Assembly (NCBI GenBank): GCA_951406725.2
Contig: OX597821.1
Location: 51,894,001-51,958,000, forward strand
Length of the DNA: 64,000 nucleotides
Source: Octopus vulgaris
Lineage: Eukaryota
Reading direction: 5' to 3'
The notes under the pieces are model-generated. The model was not told where the DNA came from. It was given only the letters and a program-made list of their open reading frames with translations, and made no database searches. The stretch's first letter is position 1. Each line of letters starts with the position of its first letter. The position numbers were made by a program, and so were the translations under genes. Shown piece after piece: positions 12,708-25,760 of this stretch.

Positions 12708-13077
12708 AAAACAGCAAGTAAGTTAGGGGTTATGGATCCAACCCACCAAGGGATATTATTTATCCAATATACTGTTGGTATAGTACCCAAATTCTTAATA
12801 CACAAATGTTTTAATTGCAATGCAATTAACTTATTTATTGCATTAAACGGGTGAAGGTAAAGAAATATTTTACCATTAATTTATAATGCAAATAAGAAAA
12901 TGGAGAAACAATTTAGTTGGTTAATCAGCTTTCGGATATTAGGATGTTGAATTATTTATTCATTTAACAAAAATGAGAACCTTAATAGCATACATATATA
13001 CATTATAATTCAATACAAATAAGATAAGAATACAATTATAAAAATCATAATATAAATTATTGAAATCATTAAAATCA

Positions 13078-13210
13078 CTCCTTACAGCTGTTTCAGCCTA
13101 TGGATAAAAGTAGTTTTTTTTCGTGACTATATTTGCCAATTATATTCAGGTTGTAGGCATTTCAAAATAGGGTACTTATACATATGTAACCATAGGCCTT
13201 GTCAGAGATT
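13078..13210 (-). ncRNA. Decayed type I hammerhead-ribozyme-like motif (Penelope-like terminus)
   Basis: Minus strand: CTGACAA-GGCCTATGG...(~86 nt)...CCATAGGCT-GAAA-CAGCTG-TA-AGG. 9 bp stem II and palindromic stem III; core G8 is A and stem I is weak. Confidence 0.45.
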
Positions 13211-13304
13211 ATACACACACACACACTCACATATACATACATATATATATATACATACACACATACATATATATATACATATATATATACATACACATGC
13301 ATAC

Positions 13305-13337
<33 letters not shown>

Positions 13338-13681
13338 GATTCAGATGAATATGGTACTTAAGTTAAAGGCACCAGAATTTTGTATGGTATTATCCATATA
13401 AATCATATGATAAAATCTACAGTTAGAGAGGGAACATACCATCACGTTCTTAAGAATGAAATCAACCTCTCTATCTATATATCTACCCTCTTTATGATGT
13501 TGGCAAATGAAATAGGGATAAGAATGTGCATTGTCCATTTAATTGAAAAATTTTATAAGTGGCTGAAGATTGCTTGACATTTTAAAACTGATGTAATACT
13601 TACTGTGTTTAATAAAATGAAAGTAGCATGAAACAATTGTACTACTCTACCTTGGATATACTTGTTGCTTATTTTGATTAT

Positions 13682-13763
<82 letters not shown>

Positions 13764-14000
13764 AGAGGGACTTCTATCATAACTGCATTATATTGCTGCC
13801 GTGTTCAATTGTACATATAAATATATTTGTATCAATAAATTTGCTCAACTCACAATGGTGTTATCCACAGTCAAGACTATGTGCATTAGAGGTTTGATAA
13901 TAAATATTGTTACCCAGAAATCATTATGATTGAACAATTTATTTTAGATTATGACGTTAATAATATTACTAATGCATCTGTTTAACTCTATATTTGACAG

Positions 14001-14144
14001 AGATGGTGATAACATTTTGGACAACCTACTATCGCGTATGGAACAATACGCTAACAATCTGGAAACATTAGTAGAGGAAAGAACTGCTGATTATCTTGAA
14101 CAGAAGAAAAAAGCTGAAGACCTTTTATATAACATGCTTCCAAA
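14001..14144 (+). CDS. Receptor guanylyl cyclase (NPR1/NPR2-like), exon encoding the dimerization/signalling helix; first exon visible in the window
   Basis: Acceptor ttgacAG, donor GTatgt. Translates [47 protein letters not shown](K), the receptor-GC hinge motif ([14 protein letters not shown]). 144 bp, phase 2-2. Confidence 0.95.
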
Positions 14145-14213
14145 GTATGTATGCATTCTTTTTGTTGGTTTAGTTTTTTGTTTATTTGCTTTTGCGGCTT
14201 AGAAACAGTTAAA

Positions 14214-14596
14214 ATTTACACTGGTTGCATACTTGTCTAAACTACTGACACCGACATTTATTCTGCCTCTTTTTTTAAATAATAACCTAACTGATATTAT
14301 TGCTTTACAATTTCATTGCTGACAGCTGAATGACCACCAAAGGTGGTTATTGCTATCAGTCTACTAAGTCCATACTAAGTGTCTATTTAAAGTGCTTGTA
14401 ATGGCTGTCTAATCTGCATTATGATCAGGGTTGTATGGTAATTTAATTTGACTAGAGGCCAATGTATATCTAATTGCCATCTAGTTTAACCTGAGATCAA
14501 TATATTTTATTTAATGATCATTTTGTTTAGCCAGATTATCCTCAGTATGACTATAAACTGCATTTGGTGTAGGGGCCCTAGTTCAAAAGTTCCTGG
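14214..14596 (+). repeat. Old local duplication, copy 1 (copy 2 at about 16764-17135)
   Basis: Collinear similarity from ATTTACACTGG.TGCATA to GGGGCCCTAGTT.AA.AGTTCC.GG. Confidence 0.85.
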
Positions 14597-15679
14597 GATC
14601 TGAGTAAAAATTGAAGAAACGCCTTTGTTGGGTAACATTTTTCAGGTTCTAAAACAAAACTTTTCTAATTAAAACGATATATTAACTACATTTAATTATT
14701 CAAGTAAAGTTTCTATGACAAAAGGTGTTTTGAGTAAAGTTCTTTGCTGGGGACTCTTTCTTTTAAATTTAGCATCAATGCAGATGTGTCTGTGTAGTAA
14801 GAAGTTTACTTCCCAACAACATGGTTCCGGGTTCAATCCCACTATGTGGCAACTTTGGCAGGTGTTTTCTGCTATTGCTCCAGGCTGACCAAAGCCTCAT
14901 GAATGAATTTGGCAGGCAGAAAATGAAAGAAGCTTATTGTATATTTATGTATAACTATCTATGTGTGTCTTTGTATGTCTCCTACCATTGCTTGACATCT
15001 GTGACAACTGGTGCTGGTTTGTTTTTGTCCCAATAACTTAGCAGTTTTATAAGATGTCCAGTAGAATAAGTATCAAGCTTAAAAAAAAAATAGGAGCCGC
15101 AGTTGATTTAGTCAACTAAAACCCTATAAGCCAATGCCCCAACATGACCACAATCCAACAACTGACACAAGTAAAAGATAAACAATAAAGATAATTATTT
15201 ATATTACATTTAATGTCATATCACTCTCTGTGGACAATACAGTCATGGGTTGCATGTATCAATTACTGATTTTCTACATTGCTGATGATGAAACAATAAA
15301 GTATTTTTAAAATGTTCTGAGAGCAGAAAAAGTAGGACCAATCTGATTAGTTTCTAGCTTGTTTATCTCCTTCAGGATCAGAGATTAACTCTCGTTTAAC
15401 AGGGTTTAGTGAATGAGAAATCAAACTGTTCCTGACTATGACACCAGTCCTTTGTAGTAAACATCTCAAAATCTTCTTATTACAATGACAGATGAATAAG
15501 GAAGTGTAGTTTCTTTATTATTGAATACATAATGAAGTAGCGCAAATCATTTGAGCTGAAAACTTGGTAGTCCAATAGTATATTCACTTTTAGGGATGTA
15601 ACTGATGAAGAACTGTACCTCCACATGGTATAAAACATCCACTCTACCATGCTAGATGAGTGGGATGAAAAAATATGTG

Positions 15680-16440
15680 ATCCTCCTCATAATATAATGT
15701 GCCTCTCCATGATATAACAACACCAGCCCCTAATAACAATTACCCATACTTCTCATATAATAACATCATGCTCCAGCAGTGATTAACCGTGCTTCTCCAT
15801 GATATAGCAACACCAGCACCTAATGATGATTACCTGTGCCTCCCTGTGGTATAACAACACCTGCCTCCCAATTATGATTACCTGTGTCTCCCCATAGTAT
15901 AACAACACCAGCCTCTGGAGGTGATTATCTGTGCTTTCCCATGCATAAGAACACCAGCCCTAATGATGATTACCTATGTCTTCCTATGGTATAACGGTAA
16001 CAGCCCTTAACTGTGTTTACCTGTGCCTCCCCATTGCATGACAATGCCAATTATGATTACCTTAACCATCCCATGGTATAACAACACCAGCCCCAATGGT
16101 GATTACCTGTGCCTCCCCATAATATGTTAGTCCTCAACTGTGCTTATTTGTGCTTCCCTATGTATGACAATACCAGCCCACAGTGGTAATTGCCTGTGCC
16201 TCTCCATAGTGTGACAATACCATCCCCCAATGGTGATTACCTGTGCCTCCCCATGGTATAACAACCCTATCCAGCTCCCAGTTGTGATTACAGGTGCCTT
16301 CCCATGTTATAACAACACTAGCCCCAAATGAGGATGACCTGTGCCTCCCCATGGTATAACATCACCAGACCCAATGGTAAATACCTGTGCCACCCCATGC
16401 TATAATACACGACCACCAGCAACCAATCATGTAATACCAA
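15680..16440. repeat. Minisatellite, ~40 bp unit
   Basis: Consensus approximately CCATGGTATAACAACACCAGCCCCAATGGTGATTACCTGTGCCTC, many diverged copies. Confidence 0.9.
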
Positions 16441-16763
16441 CTTCTTGCACTATAACTAACACTCTCTTCTCTATTTTAATCAATGTTTAACAAATCAATA
16501 TCACCATGGAAACACTGCTAGGGATAGTGAAGCTATTTAATTAGTTGAGGAGATAGACTCTAAACTAAGTTCTAAACACTAAAACAATCAAATAAATAAA
16601 AATTTTAATTAGTGAAAACAAAACTAAAACATTTTACAATTAGTAGAACTGTCTGTTCATTGTCTAATGACAGAATTATACAAATGTGAGTGCATTAAAC
16701 TCTCAATTGACTATTGTTGGTTCATTAGAAGTTTCCTTTTCACCAGTAATGCTTTTAAAACAA

Positions 16764-17135
16764 CATTTACACTGGCTGCATATTTGTCTAAATTATTGAT
16801 ACCACCATTTATTCTGCCTCTGTTTTTAAATCATAACCTAACTGATATTATTGTTTTAGTTTTGGTATAGCCCACTGAATGACCACTGAAGGTGGTTATT
16901 GCAATCAGTCATCTCGGTCCATGCTAAGTGTCTATTTTAAGTGCTTTTGATGGTTGTCTAATCTGCATTATGGTCAGGGTTCTATGGCAATTTAATTTGA
17001 CCTGAAGTCAATGAATACTTAATTGTCATCTAATCTAACCTGAGATCAATATATCTATTTAATGATTGTTTAGTTCAGCCTGAGTATGACAATTAACTGC
17101 ATTTGGTACTGGGGCCCTAGTTTAAGAGTTCCAGG
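16764..17135 (+). repeat. Old local duplication, copy 2
   Basis: Homologous to 14214-14596. Confidence 0.85.
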
Positions 17136-18295
17136 AATTTGAGGAGTGTGGAACCACTTTTTAATCACTATTGTTCCCAAGTTTCATCTGATCCAGAGTT
17201 GTGTGGTTTATAATATATCTAATAGAAATTTTGTCTGAATATGATATACTTAGTAGAAATAAAGTAATGGTTAAAGAGATAATATATTGGATGATGGTCA
17301 GTATAAAGGCCATCCTCTAATGAACTATACTTAGTAAAACAGTAACCACCAGCAACTAGGTTAAAAATCTTCTTGTAGTGACCTTCCTCTTATATCTATC
17401 TTGTGTAGCTCTCAAAAATAACAACTACATCCAACTAAAATTAACATGGAAGTCTATCCATGATCCCTTATCAGAAATGAAAAATTCCCTCAAATCACAT
17501 CCCTGCTATCATAATATCCCTAAAGATGGGATGATCTTCATAAGTCTGTTTAATCAGGATTGTTTAGAAATAAGATAATACTGTGTAACACGATTTTTGT
17601 CCTTGGGTAGCTCCTGTAATGTTCTATTTGCTCAGCTTTAGAAAGTCCGAAAAGTAGCTATTTCTTTTAAACTTAACTTTTGTTACATTTATTCAAACCC
17701 CCAAAATCTCTCTCAACATATGGTTATAATGCTTCCCCACTACTCGTGTTCATGATCAGAGATGCATATATTGTCATCCACTAAGGGATATGCTCCAATG
17801 GTTATGGTTAAACAACTGACAAACAAATCTGTGGTATTGAGCAGAATATTTGCTATAATGATATGTCTGCTTCAGCAACTCAGCACTGAATCTGTCAGAA
17901 ATGTAATGGAAAATAGGTCAGTTTTAAAACATTGGTGTCCAGGTCACAAAAGTAAAGATTGAAAGGATTCCTAGTTGTTTCCTTTGATTTCTAGATAGAA
18001 GCAAATAGGGAATAAAGACATACTGACCAAAGACAAAAAGAATTAAAATTTTATTACACAGTATTAGCAACTAGTTTAACCACAGATGTCCACAAAAGAC
18101 ATCTTCTTTAAAGGAAAAACATTTTCCAGCAAAGCACACCAGCTTTTGGAAATATTTTGTCAATAACAGGATATTCTTCAATGAAATAGAAATATTACTT
18201 TACCACTGTTATAATTGTTTCTACAATTGCCCCAAGGCCTGAATTATAGAGAGCAGGGTTCATTTGATTACATTGATCCCAGTGTCTAACTATTA

Positions 18296-18861
18296 TTGGG
18301 TTGTCTGGAAAGTTCATGCCGATTTTTAAAGGACAGAAAAAAGTCAATAAATACTTGCCATTACATTTTTAATCAACCAAATATGAACCATTTTGTTGCA
18401 CAATGTGTCCCCATCTTTCCTTTAACTTGAAAATACCCTCTTCCCAGAATTGAGGTGGTTTCATGGCAAAGAATTCATCAAGGTCTCTTTTTATGTCATC
18501 TAAGGAATTGAAATTTTTACCATTAAGACTATTCTGCAGAGACCTGAATAAGTGGAAATCAGAAGGAGCAATATCTGGTGAATATGGAAGCTGGGGTAAC
18601 ACATCCCAGCCAAGCTGCAGCAATTTTTATCTGGCTCCCAAAGCATCAAGTGTGGAAAATGAACTTTCTTATCTCCCAATTTAAAGGGTTACAGAATTAA
18701 CACAGGTTATAAGAACATAAACCTTCTTCCACGAAAAGATAGCTTAAACTGTGCTTTAAATGGAGGTGTAGTCAAATCCTATTTTATGGACTCAACCATG
18801 TTCTAAAATAAGTCGAAAGGCAAGCTGCTAAAAATCGGCACAAACTTTCCGGACAACCCAA
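18296..18861 (-). mobile_element. Internally deleted mariner transposon with both TIRs and TA target duplication, inserted into a family-B SINE
   Basis: TA|TTGGGTTGTCTGGAAAGTTCATGCCGATTTTTA ... TAAAAATCGGCACAAACTTTCCGGACAACCCAA|TA. The minus ORF 18369-18623 has YSPDIAPSDFHLFRSLQN..W..GI.KL..RW, the mariner C-terminus. SINE sequence resumes on both sides. Confidence 0.93.
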
Positions 18862-20870
18862 TACTTATTTTACCAACCTCAAAAGGATGGAAAGCAAACT
18901 TGACCTCAGCAGAATTTGAACTCAGAATGTAAAGCCAGAAGAAATGTGACAATGCATTTTGTCTGGTATGCTGACAACTGTTAATCCTGCCACAGCACTG
19001 CATTTATCACCTCTATCATAAAACTGGCAAGTAATCATTGACATAGTCATTCACTTGCTAGAAATAGCAACCATTTCTTCAAAATACACAAACAGCTAAA
19101 AACAAGGAAGGGCATACTAGATATATTCCTAGAAATACTATTGTAGATAAAAGAACAAAAAGAGAAAAATGGAATGGTCTTAGTTTTGATCATACATTTA
19201 TTTACACAGGCCCCCACCTGGAGCTAAAGTACTGCTACTACCATTGCATTACTGCTGCTGCTACTACTACTACTAATGTTAGCAATAATGCCATTGATTT
19301 AGTGTCTTACAATTAACTCTCTTACATGTACAGTTATTAATATTAGCTCTGTTCCTGATTAAACAGCTATTATCTAGATATGTATGAACAAGACTGTGAA
19401 TTTATGCTTTCTTGTCACCATAAATTACAGACTGGTTGGTTCTACAGGGGTTAACCTTAAAACTTTTATATTCAGTATTGTTTCAAACCACCTTTGATCT
19501 TTCTTACCCAATTTGTAACTGTCAACTTGGCAGCATTTATTTGTGTTTCACTTGTTTTAATCTTCAGTAGCACAATGGCTGACCTAATTCTCACTAAATT
19601 ATGGCTTGAGTCAATGGTAGCTCTGTAAATATACACCAACTAAATGCAAAGAATATACTCAGTTTTATTAATCAGTGCAATGTTTGCTTTGCCAAACCTT
19701 TTATGCAAATATTATTGAATCTAAAAGACGATTAAAGTGTCTCGTTAACTTGATGGATAGACATTTGGATAGCGATTGCAATCAACATATTTAACCTGAT
19801 TTCTGAATGAATCTGAAAATGAAGCCCATAATTTTCATTTCTGTTTCAAAAATAAAAAAAAAAATGAGATCAAGTTTTTAATATATAATATTGATGCGAT
19901 CAATATCAAATTAAACCTTTTGGAATTAACAGTTTTTACTCTGTCAAGAATTCTACAAATAGTAGTAGAATCTCTGAGAATTTAGTATGTGTATTCATGA
20001 GAAATTCAAACTGATCAGAGGCAATGTGGCATCAAAATATATTTACTTGATCCTGTCACTCCTGTTTCAGCCCTTGTTCTTCTTGAATGTTCAGATAGTA
20101 CTATGTGTTTTCTCATAAATTGGTTAATATATTCCTGGAAGTAGTATTTAGGTCAAAGATGCTACAGTACCTCCACATTTACAAAACATAATTATCTTAA
20201 CTATAATAATTTTCCAATAACATATATATTCCTAATCTAGATAAGTTTACATACCATGGGAAAATGAGGTTATTGACATTTCGAGAAAAGCAATTTTTAA
20301 AATGATTTCTTGTCATCGAAGGGTTTTAATTAAACTATTAATAATCTTGTCTCCCAACAGCTTAAAAACTTATCAAAATTTGGAAACTTTGCTTAGTAAT
20401 TTTAGTCACCACTGACTGTTTCAAGTCTCTTTAGACATTGTTTTTTTTTATTTACTAAATGCTGTAATCTGTCCTAGTTTTATTACAGTCAAGTAGATAC
20501 ATGACACTCAATGAGTGAGATATTCATAAATAATTTGGCTTCGAGAAACATCACAGGATCAAGACACTACTGAATCTATGAATAATTCAAAGAATACTAC
20601 TATTAATAAAAATAGTAGTTGATTAATAATTCTATTGACTGACCTCTGCCTCTCCTAATGCCATCAGCCATATTAGACAACAGGGACCCTTTTTGTCCCC
20701 ACTAAACTCAACCTTTTTGAAGTAGCAGCAAAATCTCCCTGTATCTTTCAAAAACATGGATACTGAATATGATCCAAGATACACTATGCCTGGAAAAAGC
20801 ATGAAGGCCTTTGCTCATAAATCTGTTGGTTTAGGGCTGACCTAGGGCTGCACACCAGCAGTCAACCATG

Positions 20871-20904
<34 letters not shown>

Positions 20905-20924
20905 TTGTATATATACATATTAAA

Positions 20925-21349
20925 AATGGGGAAGGCCGGTTTATGGGATTACCTTAGGTCTCCTGTCCATAAAGGGTTTAGTTTTATGGCGTATCATCAG
21001 ATTCCAAACATCTGTTGGCTCGTGACCTGTTAAAAGTATGGAGGGGGAAATATCTCACAACCCAAAGGTAATAATTGAGGATTATCTCTCTTTGCTATTG
21101 GCTATCAACTTCCAGCTGTGCCTCCATCTTGTGGGCTCTGAAATGCTGGCAGGAACCTCCCAGAAGTCAATAGCCAATAGTGAAGGGAGATAATCCCCAA
21201 TTGTTACATTTGAATGGTGAAGCATTTCCCCCTCCGTATTTTTAAGTGGTCATGGGTCAACAGATTTTTGGGATCTGACAATATGCCATAAAGCTGAATG
21301 CTTTATGGACAAGAAACCTAAGGTAATCCCATGAACTAGCCTCCTCCAT
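20925..21349. repeat. Long fold-back element, ~185 bp arms and ~50 bp spacer
   Basis: AATGGGGAAGGCCGGTTTATGGGATTACCTTAGG... is reverse-complementary to ...CCTAAGGTAATCCCATGAACTAGCCTCCTCCATT; differences are mostly transitions. Confidence 0.9.
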
Positions 21350-21456
21350 TGCATAATGCACCCTTTATTCCTTTGGAATGAAAACATGCTGTCTTCGAAA
21401 CATGTGTCGAGAGTAAAGGAATTTTGGAAAGCGGACGCTAAATGATGATGATGATG

Positions 21457-21526
<70 letters not shown>

Positions 21527-21528
<2 letters not shown>

Positions 21529-21930
21529 CGCAGGAGTGGCTGTGTGGTAAGTAGCTTGTTTACCAACCACATGGTTCCGGGTCCAGTCCCACTGCATGGC
21601 ATTTTGGGCAAGTGTCTTCTACTATAGCCTCGGGCCGACCAAAGCCTTGTGAGTGGATTTGGTAGATGGAAACTGAAAGAAGCCCATCGTATATATGTAT
21701 ATATATATATATATGCATTTGTGTGTTTGTGTTTGTCCCCCTAGCATTGCTTGATAGCCGATACTGGTGTGTTTATGTCCCCGTTACTTAGCGGTTCAGC
21801 AAAAGAGACCGATAGAATAAGTACTGGGCTTACAAAAGAATAAGGGGTCGAGTTGCTCGATTAAAGGCGGTGCTCCAGCATGGCCGCAGTCAAATGACTG
21901 AAACAAGTAAAAGAGTAAAAGAGTAAAGAG
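21527..21930 (+). mobile_element. SINE family A, full length
   Basis: GGCGCAGGAGTGGCTGTGTGG head; tail GGTGCTCCAGCATGGCCGCAGTCAAATGACTGAAAC(AAGTAAAAGAG)n. Confidence 0.9.
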
Positions 21931-21977
21931 TATAATATTATATATATATATATAATATTATATATATATATATATAT

Positions 21978-24670
21978 GTTGAGGGAACCTGTGGAAGAGG
22001 TAGACCCAGGAAAACCTGGGACGAGGTGGTGAAGCACGACCTTCGAACTTTAGGTCTCACCAAGGAAATGACTGAAGACCGAGTCCTATGGAAGTGTGCT
22101 GTGCATGAGAGGACCCGGCAGGACTAGTCAGGCCATATCCCGTGGCCCCTACCTGGGACGTAGTCGATCCACCTGTGCATACCTTCCTTCTTGTGACACT
22201 TGTGAAGACCTACTGAGGCAAGTGAAAATCAATCAAAATAGATGAACATCAATGGAATTTGTATCTTTGTGGTACCAGTGCCTGTGGCACACAAGAAAAC
22301 CATCCGAACGTGGCCGTAGCCAGTACCGCATCGACTGGCCTCCGTGCTGTGGGAACATGGTGGCACATAAAAACACCATCCGAAGACCCGGCAAGACTAG
22401 TCAGGTCATAACCCATGGGCCCTACCTGGGACGTAGTCAGTCCACCTGTACATACCTTCCTTCTTGTGACACTTGTGAAGACCTGTTGAGGCAAGTGAAA
22501 ATCAAATCAAAACAAATCAAAATAGATGAACATCAATGGAATTTGTATCTTTGTGGTACCAGTGCCGGTGGCACACAAGAATCCATCCGAACATGGCCGT
22601 AGTCAGTACCGCTTGTGGTACCAGTGCCGGTGGCACACAAGAATCCATCCGAACGTGGCCGTAGTCAGTACCGCATCACTGGCCATCGTGCTGTGGGCAC
22701 ATAACAAACACCATCCGGTCGTGGCCGTTCACCAGCCTCATCTAGCACCTGTGTCGGTGGCACATAAAAAGTAGTCAGTGCCGCTTGTGGTACCAGTGCC
22801 GGTGGCACACAAGAATCCATCCGAACATGGCCGTAGTCAGTACCGCATCACTGGCCATCGTGCTGTGGGCACATAACAAACACCATCCGGTCGTGGCCGT
22901 TCGCCAGCCTCATCTAGCACCTGTGTCGGTGGCACATAAAAACACCATCCGAAGACCCGGCAAGACTAGTCAGGCCATAAACCATGGCCCCTACCTGGGA
23001 CGTAGTCAGTCCACCTGTGCATACCTTCCTCCTTGTGATACTTGTGAAGGCCTGTTGAGGCAAGTGAAAATCAAAATCAAAATCAAATCAAAACAAATCA
23101 AAATAGATGAACATCAATGGAATTTGTATCTTTGTGGTACCAGTGCCGGTGGCACACAAGAGAAAACCATCCGAAAGTGGCCGTAGCCAGTACCGCATCG
23201 ACTGGCCTCCGTGCTGTGGGCACATGACAAACACCATCCAATCGTGGCCGTTCGCCAGCCTCATCTAGCACCTGTGTCGGTGGCACATAAAAACACCATC
23301 CGAAGACCCGGCAAGACTAGTCAGGCCATAACCCATGGCCCCTACCTGGGACGTAGTCAGTCCACCTGTGCATACCTTCCTTCTTGTGACACTTGTGAAG
23401 ACCTGTTGAGGCAAGTGAAAATCAAAATCAAAACAAATCAAAATAGATGAACATCAATGGAATCTGTATCTTTGTGGTACCAGTGCCGGTGGCACACAAG
23501 AGAACCATCCGAACGTGGCCGTAGCCAGTTCCGCATCGACCGGCCTCCGTGCTGTGGGCACGTAACAAACACCATCCGATCATGGCCGTTCGCCAGCCTC
23601 ATCTGGCACCTGTGTCGGTGGCACATAAAAACACCTTCCGAAGACCCGGCAAGACTAGTCAGTCCACCTGTGCATACCTTCCTTCTTGTGACACTTGTGA
23701 AGACCGGTTGAGGCAAGTGAAAATCAAATCAAATCAAAATAGACAAAATAGATGAACATCAATGGAATTTGTATCTTGTGGTACCAGTGCCGGTGGCACA
23801 CAAGAAATCCATCAGTGCTGTAGTCAGTGCGGTGGGCACATGACAAACACCATCCGATCGTGGCCGTTCGCCAGCCTCATCTAGCACCTGTGTCGGTGGC
23901 ACATAAAAACACCATCCGAAGACCCGGCAAGACTAGTCAGGCCATAACCCATGGCCCCTACCTGGGACGTAGTCAGTCCACCTGTGCATACCTTCCTTCT
24001 TGTGACACTTGTGAAGACCTGTTGAGGCAAGTGAAAATCAAAACAAATCAAAATAGATGAACATCAATGGAATTTGTATCTTGTGGTACCAGTGCCGGTG
24101 GCACGTGGCACATAAGAAAACCATCCGAACGTGGCCGTAGCCAGTACCGCATCGACTGGCCTCCGTGCTGTGGGCACGTAACAAGCACCATCCGATCGTG
24201 GCCGTTTGCCAGCCTCATCTGGCACCTGTGTCGGTGGCACATAAAAACACCATCCGAGCGTGGCCGTCTGCCAGCCTCGTCTGGCACCTGTGTCGGTGGC
24301 ACATAAAAACACCATCCGAGCGTGGCCGTCTGCCAGCCTCGTCTGGCACCTGTGTCGGTGGCACATAAAAAACACCATCCGAGCGTGGCCGTCTGCCAGC
24401 CTCGTCTGGCACCTGTGTCGGTGGCACATAAAAAACACCATCCGAGCGTGGCCGTTTGCCAGCCTCGTCTGGCACCTGTGTCGGTGGCACATAAAATCAC
24501 CCACTACACTCTCGGAGTGGTTGGCGTTAGGAAGGGCATCCAGCTGTAGAAACACTGCCAGATCTGACTGGACTGGTGCAGCTTTCGGGCTCCCTAGACC
24601 CCAGTTGAACCGTCCAACCCATGCTAGCATGGAAAGCGGACGTTAAATGATGATGATGATGATGATGATG
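21978..24670 (+). mobile_element. 5'-truncated RTE-clade LINE: ORF2 C-terminus, tandemly amplified 3' UTR and (GAT)n tail
   Basis: About 21978-22127 translates VEGTCGRGRPRKTWDEVVKHDLRTLGLTKEMTEDRVLWKCAVHERTRQD* (RTE GRPR.TW motif). Then about 6 long repeat units, the conserved terminus and (GAT)n, inside (TA)n flanks. Confidence 0.88.
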
Positions 24671-24720
24671 ATATATATATATATATATATATAAAATATT
24701 ATATATATATAATATTATAC

Positions 24721-24783
<63 letters not shown>

Positions 24784-25369
24784 GACACCAATGTCTTGAC
24801 ATTCTCTGGTTTCAGTCATGACGCAAAGTTGTTGAGTACTTTGCCATCTGATATAATGCATGTTCAATATCTGTTACTGTTATGTGATGAAATTTTACAT
24901 CTATTATCTAGTATGTTGTTGTGGTTGCTGTTGTTATCATTCACAGTAGAATAGATGCTTTTACTTCCTAATTGCTGGCTGCAGATATTCATAATAGTTT
25001 TTCTGTTTTTTCATTTGCTTCCATAGTGACAAAGTAGTAGGTGACAGTATCTGCTACAATCAAATGACAGATGGAGATAGATTCTCATTTCATTATGTTA
25101 GATGGATCGAATTCAATTAGAAGTGATCCTCTATATAGTCACTCAACTATTTCGTTTTTTTAATTAATAATCTGATGTCAAGTGAGCATGTCCATATCCT
25201 TTGTAGGTGCTTCCCAGATTTGTAAGGCTGATAAAGTTGATGCTCAGCTTCAACATCTGCTGGAAAAATCTAAGTGTGGAGAGAATTGGAGGGACTGGTT
25301 CGAATGCATGCAACAGAATTGAATTTTCTAAAGGCAGCTGAGAAACATATAATGACAAATTGGACAATG

Positions 25370-25760
25370 TTAATCAATGGTACCATCCTGTTATATAGCA
25401 ACAGTAATGCCATTCTGTTGAATAGCGACTTTACTGACATTACAATATTTCCTATTATCCTGTTGTATAGTGACAGTACTGTCACTAAAAGAGTCTCATT
25501 CTGATGCATAGTGAGAATACTGTAATTAAAATATTGTCTAAGATCCTGTTGTATAGCAACAGTGATGTTATAACAACTTTGTCTATCATCCCATTGAATA
25601 GCAAAAGTACTATAACTAGAACATTATCTGCTAATCTGTGATATAGTAATAGTATCTTTTATCCTGTTGCATAGTGATTGTACTACTACTACTATATTAG
25701 TGTCATTCTGTTGCATGGTGATAGTACAAGTATCTACTATCCTGCTATATTCATACTACA
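25370..25760. repeat. Degenerate minisatellite
   Basis: Recurrent ATCCTGTTGTATAG(T/C)GACAGTA. Confidence 0.75.

Noticed and set aside
13951-14202. Stand-alone ORF covering the first exon with hydrophobic flanks
   Set aside because: Good splice sites at 14000/14001 and 14144/14145 bound the conserved part; the flanks are T-rich intron read-through.
22110-24500. CRISPR-like appearance and many overlapping ORFs
   Set aside because: No unique spacers and a eukaryotic context; it is the tandemly repeated RTE 3' UTR.
25208-25345. Possible cryptic exon after tttgtAG
   Set aside because: No recognisable protein in any frame, no clear donor, and not needed for the cyclase frame.
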